From: an uncultured Bacteroidota bacterium
GTDB taxonomy: Bacteria; Bacteroidota; Rhodothermia; Rhodothermales; DATKEJ01
NCBI GenBank assembly: GCA_963768715.1
Contig: CAVYJC010000008.1
Span: 19,831-83,830, forward strand
Length of the DNA stretch: 64,000 nt
Direction: 5' to 3'
Shown piece after piece: positions 48,564 through 57,088 of this stretch. Numbering within the stretch: position 1 is the stretch's first letter; every line of letters begins with the position of its first letter. The notes beneath the pieces are model-generated. The model worked only from the letters and a program-made list of their open reading frames with translations, did not search any database and was not told the origin of the DNA. Both the position numbers and the translations under genes were made by a program.

Positions 48564-49706
48564 ATGGCAACCACGAAGACGAGCGATAAGAAAGGCGCCA
48601 AGGGTTCGAACGGATCGAAGGCTGGAGTCGAGCAAAACGGTCGCGACGTACTCACGGAAAAGGAAACGTACGAGTTCCGGAAGTATTTCGGGACTTTTGA
48701 CCCGTCTGATCTCGGGTTGAGCGTCGACGATTTGATCGCGATGTATCGGAGCATGCTGCTGCAGCGTCGATTCGAAGAGCGAGCCGCTCAAATGTACGGC
48801 CGCCAGAAGATCGCGGGATTCCTGCATCTGTACATAGGTCAGGAAGCCGTTTCCACCGGGTGCGTCAGCGCCATCAGAGAGACCGACTACGTTATTACCG
48901 CCTATCGCGATCACGGCATCGCGCTTGCGATGGGGATGAACGCGAACGAGTGTATGGCCGAGTTGTACGGGAAGATCGACGGCTGCTCACGCGGAAAAGG
49001 CGGCTCGATGCATTTCTTCTCGGCGGAGAAAAATTTTCTGGGTGGACACGGCATCGTCGGCGGACAAATTGCAGTCGGCGTCGGCGTTGCTTTTGCTCAA
49101 AAGTACAAGGAGACCGGCAATGTTTGTCTCTGCTTCTTCGGCGACGGCGCCATTCAGCAGGGATCATTTCACGAGGCAGCCAACCTGGCCGGGCTTCTGA
49201 ATCTGCCTGTCATTCTCGTATGTGAGAACAATCAGTATGGGATGGGGACGGCCGTCGAGCGGTCATCCGCCACCACAGAGCTTTTCAAACGCGCAACGTC
49301 CTACGACATCCATGGGGCCGTAGCGGATGGAATGAACGCGTTTGCCATGGTGAAAGCATTTCAGGATCTGGTCGAACTGGCCCGCAAAGGCGAGCCCTCG
49401 CTGCTTGAAGTGCGTACGTACCGTTATCGCGGCCATTCGATGAGTGACCCGGCGAAGTATAGGACGGCGGAAGAGCTCGAAGCCCGCAAGGAGAAGGATC
49501 CGATTCTGCAGTTGAAGCACTACCTGCTCGAGACGGTAGGAAAGGACCTCGAAGAGCTCGATGCGATCGACGAAGAGGTCAAGCAGGAAGTGCTCGACAG
49601 CGTCGAGTTCGCCGAGAACAGCCCGGTCCCGCCCCTCGAGACGATCTACGAGGATATCTACGCGCAGAAAGATTATCCCTTCCTTACCGGTCCCAACGCG
49701 AAATGA
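48564..49706 (+). CDS. pdhA: pyruvate dehydrogenase E1 component subunit alpha
   Basis: Start taken at ATG 48564. ThDP motif FFGDGAIQQGSFHEAANLA...VCENNQYGMGT and YRYRGHSMSDP. Confidence 0.9.
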   Translation: MATTKTSDKKGAKGSNGSKAGVEQNGRDVLTEKETYEFRKYFGTFDPSDLGLSVDDLIAMYRSMLLQRRFEERAAQMYGRQKIAGFLHLYIGQEAVSTGCVSAIRETDYVITAYRDHGIALAMGMNANECMAELYGKIDGCSRGKGGSMHFFSAEKNFLGGHGIVGGQIAVGVGVAFAQKYKETGNVCLCFFGDGAIQQGSFHEAANLAGLLNLPVILVCENNQYGMGTAVERSSATTELFKRATSYDIHGAVADGMNAFAMVKAFQDLVELARKGEPSLLEVRTYRYRGHSMSDPAKYRTAEELEARKEKDPILQLKHYLLETVGKDLEELDAIDEEVKQEVLDSVEFAENSPVPPLETIYEDIYAQKDYPFLTGPNAK

Positions 49707-49744
49707 CTTTTGGGCTTTGAGCTCGACTAACCAGTTTTTCAGAT

Positions 49745-50731
49745 ATGGCAGAACTTCAGCTTAGAGAGGCGCTCCGCGCGGCGATGGTCGAGGAGATGGA
49801 GCGCGACGAGACCGTGTTCCTTTGCGGCGAGGAGGTCGCCGAATACGACGGCGCCTATAAAGTCAGCCAGGGCATGCTCGAAAAGTTCGGTTCGAAACGT
49901 GTGATCGATACACCGATCAGCGAGTCCGGCTTCTCAGGTCTCGGAATCGGTGCGGCTATGGTCGGCTTGCGGCCCATCGTCGAGTTCATGACATGGAACT
50001 TCTCCTTCGTCGCGTTCGATCAGATCATGTCGAACGCGTCAAAGATTCGCTACATGTCGGGTGGCCAGTTCAAGATCCCAATCGTCTTCAGGGGAGCAAA
50101 CGGCGCCGCCGGACAGCTGGCCGCTACACACTCCAACTCCACGGAGTCGCTCTACGCCACGATTCCCGGCCTCAAAGTGATCAGCATTTCTAACCCGGAC
50201 GACGCAAAAGGCCTGTTGAAGTCTGCGATCCGCGATGATGACCCGGTTCTTTTCATGGAAAGCGAGTTGATGTACGGACTCAAGGGCGAGGTTTCGGACG
50301 AAGAGGACTACATCATCCCTATCGGGAAAGGCCGACTCGCTCGCGAAGGCGACGACGTCACCATCGTCGCGCACAACAAGAGCTACTGGATCGCCATGGA
50401 AGCCGCGGAAGAGTTGGCAAAGCAAGGTTACGAGGCGGAAGTCATCGATCCCAGGACGATTCGTCCGCTCGACATCGATATGATTCTCGAGTCGGTCCGC
50501 AAAACGAATCGGCTTGTCGTCGTCGACGAAAGCAACCCCTTCGCGAGTATCGCCTCGGAGATCGGATTTCAGGTGCAGCAGAAAGCTTTCGACTATCTAG
50601 ACGCGCCAATTGCACGCGTGACAACGAAAGACACGCCGGCGCCCTATGCCAAGAATCTGATCGAACACTTCATGCCGTCTGCCGACGAGACGATCGCTGC
50701 GTGCAAGCGTGTGATGTACATCAAGGACTGA
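49745..50731 (+). CDS. pdhB: pyruvate dehydrogenase E1 component subunit beta
   Basis: GEEVAEYDGAYKVSQG..FG..RVIDTPISE and the transketolase C-terminal domain. Confidence 0.93.
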   Translation: MAELQLREALRAAMVEEMERDETVFLCGEEVAEYDGAYKVSQGMLEKFGSKRVIDTPISESGFSGLGIGAAMVGLRPIVEFMTWNFSFVAFDQIMSNASKIRYMSGGQFKIPIVFRGANGAAGQLAATHSNSTESLYATIPGLKVISISNPDDAKGLLKSAIRDDDPVLFMESELMYGLKGEVSDEEDYIIPIGKGRLAREGDDVTIVAHNKSYWIAMEAAEELAKQGYEAEVIDPRTIRPLDIDMILESVRKTNRLVVVDESNPFASIASEIGFQVQQKAFDYLDAPIARVTTKDTPAPYAKNLIEHFMPSADETIAACKRVMYIKD

Positions 50732-50758
50732 TGATCCAAACCACTGACTTTATTAGAC

Positions 50759-52033
50759 ATGGCGATTGCAGTTGAAATGCCGAAAATGAGTGACACCATG
50801 GAAGAAGGTGTCCTCGTCTCGTGGCTGGTTAAAGAGGGTGCGGAGGTCTCGGCGGGCGATATCATCGCGCAGGTCGAAACCGACAAGGCAACGATGGATC
50901 TCGAAGTCTACGACGACGGTGTGCTGCTCAAGATTGTTTCCGAAGAGGGGGCGTCGGTTCCCATTGGGGGACTGATTGCGGTTCTCGGTGAGAAAGGTGA
51001 GGATATCTCCGGCGTCCTCGAAAAGTATCGAGGGGACGGGGCCCCGAGCGAAAAGGCATCCGAACCCGAACCGGCGTCGGCCGATGAGGAGAAAACCGCA
51101 TCGCGCGAAGCCCCGGAGCCGAGCGGTGACGGCGCCGTCAGCAGCGCAAACGGGAGGCTGAAGGCTTCTCCGCTCGCCCGGCGAATGGCGGCGGACAAGA
51201 AACTCGATCTCAGCGGGGTCACGGGATCGGGTCCTGAAGGACGCATTATCAAGCGGGACATCGAGGCGGCGCTCGAGCGTAAGGCAACGGGCGCTCCCGC
51301 GGCAATTTCCAAGGCGCCCGCAATCAAGGGAGAGGGCGAGTACGAAGCGATTCCGATTTCGCAGATGCGTAAGACGATCGCACGTCGCCTCGGAGAGAGC
51401 AAGTTCACATCGCCGCACTTTTATCTCAATGTCGACATTGACATGGAGCGTGCGATGGCCGCTCGGGCATCGATCAATGAAGCGGCGGAGGGGACGGATC
51501 GCCCCAAAGTTTCTTTCAACGACCTGATCGTCAAAGCTTGTGCGATGGCGCTCCGTCTGCATCCGGCCGTAAATGCCTCCTGGGTAGCGAGTGAGGGAGA
51601 GATGCGTCGCTACAGCGACATCCACGTGGCTGTCGCCGTCGCAATCGACGACGGACTGGTGACCCCGGTGATTCGGAACGCGGATCGGAAGGGACTCGCG
51701 CAGATCGCCGTTGAAAGCAAGGATCTTTCAACGCGTGCGCGCGAGCGAAAGCTCGATCTGGAAGAAATGGAAGGATCGACGTTTACGACGAGCAATCTCG
51801 GGATGCTCGGCATCGATCATTTCACGGCCATTATCAACCCGCCGAATTCCTGTATCCTCGCGATCGGGGCGATTCGGGACGTACCGGTGGTAAAGGGTGG
51901 CGCCGTCGTACCCGGCAAGCGGATGACGGTGACATTGTCGTGCGATCATCGAATTGTCGATGGAGCTACCGGAGCTCGCTTCCTGGCAACCGTGAAGCAG
52001 TTTCTCGAAGAGCCGACTACCATGCTCCTTTAA
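50759..52033 (+). CDS. pdhC: dihydrolipoamide acetyltransferase (PDH E2)
   Basis: Lipoyl domain (VETDKATMDLE), E3-binding domain (ASPLARRMAADKKLDL), catalytic DHRIVDGA. Confidence 0.92.
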   Translation: MAIAVEMPKMSDTMEEGVLVSWLVKEGAEVSAGDIIAQVETDKATMDLEVYDDGVLLKIVSEEGASVPIGGLIAVLGEKGEDISGVLEKYRGDGAPSEKASEPEPASADEEKTASREAPEPSGDGAVSSANGRLKASPLARRMAADKKLDLSGVTGSGPEGRIIKRDIEAALERKATGAPAAISKAPAIKGEGEYEAIPISQMRKTIARRLGESKFTSPHFYLNVDIDMERAMAARASINEAAEGTDRPKVSFNDLIVKACAMALRLHPAVNASWVASEGEMRRYSDIHVAVAVAIDDGLVTPVIRNADRKGLAQIAVESKDLSTRARERKLDLEEMEGSTFTTSNLGMLGIDHFTAIINPPNSCILAIGAIRDVPVVKGGAVVPGKRMTVTLSCDHRIVDGATGARFLATVKQFLEEPTTMLL

Positions 52034-52152
52034 TTCGAACCGTCCGCATCCGGCGACGATTCACATTCCGACAATCCAAATGCGCAGCTTCGGACGAAAG
52101 GGCGTGCGGAACCACGGACTCTGGACGACTGACAACGGACCAGGGACGTGAC

Positions 52153-52947
52153 ATGGTCGTCGCCCACGTGTCAGATATCCATTTCGGCCGTCTTTCGACA
52201 GAAAATATCGTAGGGGCTCTCCTCGCCGATATCGACGACCACGATCCGTCGCTCGTTGTCATGAGCGGCGATCTCACGCAGCGCGCCCGCGTTTCCCAAT
52301 TCCAGGCTGCCGCCGAAATGATCTCCCAACTGAAGGCGCCCGTCATGGTGGTGCCTGGCAACCATGACATCCCAGCCTGGTATCGGCCCTATACGCGGCT
52401 TTTCAATCCGGTCGGACGATATGTTCGCTACATAACGCCCGAGCTGCAGCCCACATTTCAGAGCGACAAGCTCGCTGTGGCAGGCATCAATACCGCTCAT
52501 GGCCTGACGATCAAAGGTGGGCGGATCCGCGATGAGCAGGCCGCCTTTCTGAGAGGATTCTTCCACCAGGTTGCGCCGCGAGCATTTAAGATCCTCGTTC
52601 TGCATCACCACTTGGTCAAGATGGCCAAATTGGGCGTCCACGACGTCGCACGGTCTGCCCGGAGTGCGCTGGATGTAATCGGCGAGGAAGAGGTGGATCT
52701 GGTTCTGTGCGGCCACCTGCACATTTCAAGCGTTCAGTCGTTCCCGGTTCACGGGGGCAAGCATCATATGGTTGTCGCGAGTGCCGGGACGGCGACCAGC
52801 TCGCGAGGTCGCGGGAAGGACCGCCGTGAGAACTTCTACAACATTGTGCATATAGCAGACGACCACTTCGTCGTCGAGGAACGCGCGATGGCCGACGACG
52901 GGAAAACGTTCACCTTCGTGAGGGAACATCCGTTTTCTAGGGACTAG
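52153..52947 (+). CDS. metallophosphoesterase
   Basis: ATG 52153. VSDIHFG, SGDLTQRA, GNHD, HHH and GHLH motifs. Stop TAG at 52945-52947. Confidence 0.8.
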   Translation: MVVAHVSDIHFGRLSTENIVGALLADIDDHDPSLVVMSGDLTQRARVSQFQAAAEMISQLKAPVMVVPGNHDIPAWYRPYTRLFNPVGRYVRYITPELQPTFQSDKLAVAGINTAHGLTIKGGRIRDEQAAFLRGFFHQVAPRAFKILVLHHHLVKMAKLGVHDVARSARSALDVIGEEEVDLVLCGHLHISSVQSFPVHGGKHHMVVASAGTATSSRGRGKDRRENFYNIVHIADDHFVVEERAMADDGKTFTFVREHPFSRD

Positions 52948-52951
52948 TTTC

Positions 52952-53043
52952 GTCCGAAGGTCGAAGGTCGAAGATCGAAGGTCGAAGGTCGAAGGTCGAT
53001 GATCGAAGGTCGAAGGTCGAAGGTCGAAGGTCCGAAGTCCGTC
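52952..53043 (+). repeat. heptanucleotide tandem array: GTCCGAA, then 10 GGTCGAA-type units (incl. GATCGAA x2, GGTCGAT x1), then GGTCCGAA GTCCGTC
   Basis: Counted directly. Begins 4 nt after the TAG of the metallophosphoesterase gene. Confidence 0.95.
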
Positions 53044-53063
53044 ATTCCCGCGAAGGCGGGAAT
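53044..53063. repeat. REP-like perfect hairpin attcccgc-gaag-gcgggaat
   Basis: 8-bp stem with a 4-nt loop, read directly. The flanking GTCATTCCCG is the reverse complement of CGGGAATGAC at 13795-13804. Confidence 0.8.
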
Positions 53064-53160
53064 CCAGGATAAGTCTTCGAATCTTCAGGTCGGGAACGAA
53101 GAAGGCTGGTCGTTCAGCTCAGAATGAATCTCGGATGGGTCGACTCACCGCCTGCGCCAC

Positions 53161-53231
53161 GGACCGGACTCGGACGGACGGACCCCGGACTCCGGACGAC
53201 GGACCCCGGACCCCGGACCCCGGACCCCGGA
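53161..53231 (-). repeat. heptanucleotide tandem array; the minus strand reads T(CCGGGGT)4 followed by about 6 degenerate GTCCGNN units
   Basis: Four perfect ACCCCGG units on the plus strand at 53203-53230. The array abuts the TAG stop (53234-53232) of the minus-strand cation-transporter-like gene. Confidence 0.95.
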
Positions 53232-53952
53232 CTATTCATGACACTCACACGTCTCGCCCTTTAACGCTTCGATCCCTTCGTTCGTGATGATCGGAACCAT
53301 GATGAGCGCCGCTGCGGGATCAGCCCACCACCATCCAAAGAGCGCATTCAAGCCCAGTCCGATGAGTAGAATCGCCGAGAGGTACATGCAGAGGTCCGTC
53401 TGACGGGAATCGGCCTCGAGCGCGCGGCTGTTGATGGATCGGGCCACCTTGCGCTTTGCGTTCGCCAGGACTGGCATCACGACAAGCGAGACGGCAGCTA
53501 CGATGATTCCGACCAGACTTTCATCCGGCGCCTCCTGGAGCCAGAGGGCTTTCCCAGCGTCCAGGGCCACATAGGCAGCTAAGAGAAGGAAGGATACGCC
53601 TACAAGCTGAAGGGCGCGTTTTTCGCGTTTCTCGGCTTCCTCTCCGTCCTGCAGGCGCCAGAGCAGCACCCCGCCCGAAGAGCTTTCGATGGCCGAGTCG
53701 ATTCCGAACCCGATGAGTGCTGTGCTACCGGCGACGACGCCGCTCCCAACCGCGACCACCGCCTCCAGCAGGTTCCAGCCGATAGTGAAGTACTCGAGGC
53801 GACGACCCCGCCGGACCAGGTTCGTGTTCTTGGTCCTTCTCCCTGGTTCCTCGTCGGTGGGGGAACGGAGCCGTCATTTCCGTGGGGCTGGAATCCGGAT
53901 CGTTGAGCGCAGGTGTGGGCTCCGGGATTTGGTTCTCCGTCGACGGACTCAT
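53232..53952 (-). pseudogene. small cation-transporter-like membrane protein (CDF-like TM region), frame change at a G5/C5 run (53859-53863)
   Basis: ORF 53232..53759 continues upstream without a start codon (..RRGRRLEYFTIGWNLLEAVVAVG). ATG 53952 (MSPSTENQ..) is in another frame. The two frames meet at gttcccccacc. Confidence 0.5.
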
Positions 53953-54051
53953 CTCCTTGATGTCCCCTTGGTTGTGGCAGTCGTCAATGAACGCTAAACG
54001 CAAAACGCTAAACTACTTCGTCAGGTCATGCCTGGCACGCATTCTCGTGCG

Positions 54052-54082
54052 CTCGGACCCCGGACCCCGGACCTATCCAGAC
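54052..54082 (-). repeat. short heptamer array; the minus strand reads GTCTGGA TAG GTCCGGG GTCCGGG GTCCGAG
   Basis: Read directly. It starts at the base following the pckA TAG stop (54085-54083). Confidence 0.85.
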
Positions 54083-55675
54083 CTATTCCCTCGGCCCGGC
54101 GCGTCTGACCGCCTCGTCCACGCGGCCTGCATACCGCTCGAAGTTCGCCTTGAACATGCCGGCCAGTTTTCGGGCCTGTCGGTCGTAGGCATCCGCGTCG
54201 CCCCATGTGTTCCGGGCTGAGAGAACGCGAGACGGCACGCCGCTGACCTTCTTGGGTACTCGAAGGCCGAAGAAGGATTCGGCCGTGACAGGCACGTCGT
54301 CGAGCCTGCCGTCGAGGATGGCATCGAGCATGGCCCTCGTATGGTCGAGTTTCATGCGTGAACCGACGCCGTACGGTCCGCCTGTCCAGCCTGTATTCAC
54401 CAGCCAGCACGTCGATCCATGCTTACGGATGCGCGCCGCGAGCATTTCGGCGTACTCGACCGGGTCGAGCACCATAAAAGGCTCTCCGAAGCACGCGCTG
54501 AATGTGGCCTGAGGTTCCGTGACGCCCTTTTCGGTGCCTGCGACCTTCGCCGTGTATCCAGAAAGAAAATGATACATCGTCTGCTCGACGGTGAGCCGGG
54601 AGACGGGCGGCAAGACGCCAAATGCGTCGGCGGTGAGCATGATCACGTTCTTGGGGTGACCGCAGTGGCCGCGACCGGACGCATTCGGGATGAAATGAAT
54701 TGGATACGCGGCCCGGGTGTTTTCAGTGATGGAGTCGTCGTTGAAATCGATCTCCCGCGTCTGCTCGTCCAGCACCACATTTTCGGCAACGGTGCCGAAT
54801 CGTCGCGTCGTTGCGTAGATCTCGGGCTCGCCATCCTGTGAGAGCCTTATGAGTTTTGCGTAGCAGCCACCCTCGAAGTTGAAGATCCCCTCATTGCTCC
54901 AGCCGTGTTCGTCGTCGCCAATGAGCGTCCTCGACGGATCGGCCGATAGCGTCGTCTTGCCGGTTCCGGACAGGCCGAAGAAGATCGCTGCGCCGCCGTC
55001 GCCGTCGTTCGCCGAACAGTGCATCGGAAGAACGCCGTGTCCGGGGAGGAGGTAGTTCAGCGCCGAGAAAACGGATTTCTTAATCTCCCCGGCGTAGCCC
55101 GTTCCTCCGATGATGACGAGTCTCCGCTCAAGGTTGAGAATAATGAAGGCTTCCGACTGCGTGCCGTCGGTTTTCGGATCCGCCTTGAACCCACTGAAGT
55201 TCAGCACGGTCAGTCGCGGCTCAAATTCACGCAGATCCGCAGGCTCCGGTCGCAGGAACATGTTGTGGACGAAGAGATTGTGCCACGCCTGTTCGTTTAC
55301 GACTCGAACAGGCAATCTGTATCGCGGATCGGCGCAGGCGAAGACGTCCCGGACGAAAAACTCGCGGTCCTTGGCATATCTCGCCATCTTTGAGAGGAGG
55401 TGGTCGAACGCATCTTCGGTGATCTCCACGTTCACCGCCCCCCAAGCGACGCGGTCAGACGATTCGCCCGCATCTACGACGAAACGATCATTCGGCGACC
55501 GGCCGGTGTAGGGCTGCGTGACGGACACGAGCGGTCCCGCAGCGGCCAGACGTGATTCTCCCCGCTTGATCGCCAGTTCATACAATGCAGGCGGAGACTC
55601 GCAGTAGTGGAGCTTGCTTGCCGGGAGGAATCCGAGCGACTCGAGATGGGTAATAACGTGATTCGGGATGTTCAT
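54083..55675 (-). CDS. pckA: phosphoenolpyruvate carboxykinase (ATP)
   Basis: ATG 55675 (MNIPNHVITHLESLG). Kinase-1a GLSGTGKTTLS. IGDDEHGW and NTGWTGGPYG motifs. Confidence 0.95.
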   Translation of the reverse strand: MNIPNHVITHLESLGFLPASKLHYCESPPALYELAIKRGESRLAAAGPLVSVTQPYTGRSPNDRFVVDAGESSDRVAWGAVNVEITEDAFDHLLSKMARYAKDREFFVRDVFACADPRYRLPVRVVNEQAWHNLFVHNMFLRPEPADLREFEPRLTVLNFSGFKADPKTDGTQSEAFIILNLERRLVIIGGTGYAGEIKKSVFSALNYLLPGHGVLPMHCSANDGDGGAAIFFGLSGTGKTTLSADPSRTLIGDDEHGWSNEGIFNFEGGCYAKLIRLSQDGEPEIYATTRRFGTVAENVVLDEQTREIDFNDDSITENTRAAYPIHFIPNASGRGHCGHPKNVIMLTADAFGVLPPVSRLTVEQTMYHFLSGYTAKVAGTEKGVTEPQATFSACFGEPFMVLDPVEYAEMLAARIRKHGSTCWLVNTGWTGGPYGVGSRMKLDHTRAMLDAILDGRLDDVPVTAESFFGLRVPKKVSGVPSRVLSARNTWGDADAYDRQARKLAGMFKANFERYAGRVDEAVRRAGPRE

Positions 55676-55843
55676 CAGGTCGAATTTGGGTGGCTCGGAC
55701 GAGCAATCGTTTCGGTAGCGCTTCCGGAAACGTGCGTCCTCGGATCGCAATGAATGCAAATTACGGCGGATGACCCGACCAATCGGCCTGTTTTATAAAC
55801 AATTGACATAGTTTCCCACGGGGGTCACGTCAACGCCGGACAT

Positions 55844-57082
55844 ATGCAATTAGAGAAAATTTCCTTCGAAAACGAGCGGGGAGACACCTTGTCGGCCAGT
55901 CTCGATCTTCCTCTGGGGGGCGAACCCCGGGCATGGGCGATTCTGGCGCATTGTTTCACCTGCTCGAAGGACCTTCGCGCGCTCCGAAACATAAGCAACG
56001 CGATGAACCGGGCAGGAATCGGCGTGCTTCGGTTCGACTTCACCGGGTTGGGAGAAAGCGAGGGGGAGTTCGCCGAAACGAATTTTTCCACGAACGTCTC
56101 GGATCTGGTCGCAGCCGCCTCCTGGCTCGACCGGAACCGTGGCAGCGTCCAGCTTCTCGTCGGCCATTCATTCGGTGGATCCGCCGTCCTCAAGGCGGCC
56201 GAGTCGCTGGATGACGTCCGAGCCGTGGCTACCATTGCGGCGCCGGCGCATCCCGATCACGTAGCGCACCTCTTTGTCGAGGACTACCGGGAGATCGCCA
56301 TGACAGGTGAGACGGAGGTCGAAATCGCCGGCCGCAAATTCCCCGTTCGTCGCCAGTTCCTCGAGGATATTCAGGATGCCTCGATGCGTGATACACTCGA
56401 GAACCTGCGGAAACCGGTACTCGTTTTGCATGGGCCTTTGGACAACGTCGTCGGCATCGACAATGCACGATTGATTTTCGAGCCCCTCCACCATCCGAAG
56501 AGCTACGTATCGCTCGACCAGGCCGATCACCTGCTTTCGAATCCCGCCGACTCACGCTACGTGGGAAGCGTGATCGCCAGTTGGGCGTCACGGTATCTCG
56601 ATCGGTGGGATTCCGAGGTGCACCCGTTGACCGGCGACCGAGTGGTTGTGGGAATCGGCGAAGATCGCTACCGGTCAGATATCTGGGCACGAGGCCACCG
56701 TTGCGTCGCCGACGAGCCCCCGTCGAAGGGAGGGCAGGGGATGGGGCCGACTCCGTACGACTTCCTCATCGGTTCGCTTGGCGCCTGCACAACGATGACG
56801 CTGCGGATGTACGCGGATCGGAAAGAGTGGCCGCTCGAGGCGGTGCGCGTCCGGCTCCGCCACCAGAAAGTGCATGCAGACGACAGCGACGAATTCGAGA
56901 AATCGTCGGCCCTCGTCGATCGTGTAGAACGGGAGATCGAGATTTATGGTGATCTGTCGGATGAACAACGTGCACGGCTCATGGAGATCGCCGACCGCTG
57001 TCCGGTCCATCGTACCCTGAAAGGTGACATTTCCATCGTGACCACCGAGGCTGCGATGGATGCCCAACTGGAAGCGAACTGA
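55844..57082 (+). CDS. bifunctional alpha/beta-hydrolase / OsmC-family protein
   Basis: N-terminal hydrolase with nucleophile elbow GHSFGG. C-terminal OsmC fold (MGPTPYDFLIGSLGACTTMTLRMYA..CPVHRTL). Confidence 0.8.
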   Translation: MQLEKISFENERGDTLSASLDLPLGGEPRAWAILAHCFTCSKDLRALRNISNAMNRAGIGVLRFDFTGLGESEGEFAETNFSTNVSDLVAAASWLDRNRGSVQLLVGHSFGGSAVLKAAESLDDVRAVATIAAPAHPDHVAHLFVEDYREIAMTGETEVEIAGRKFPVRRQFLEDIQDASMRDTLENLRKPVLVLHGPLDNVVGIDNARLIFEPLHHPKSYVSLDQADHLLSNPADSRYVGSVIASWASRYLDRWDSEVHPLTGDRVVVGIGEDRYRSDIWARGHRCVADEPPSKGGQGMGPTPYDFLIGSLGACTTMTLRMYADRKEWPLEAVRVRLRHQKVHADDSDEFEKSSALVDRVEREIEIYGDLSDEQRARLMEIADRCPVHRTLKGDISIVTTEAAMDAQLEAN

Positions 57083-57088
57083 GAGCCG

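Noticed and set aside
13413-53231. Tandem repeat arrays considered as CRISPR
   Set aside because: The units are 7 nt and directly abutting, with no unique spacers. There are no cas genes in the window.
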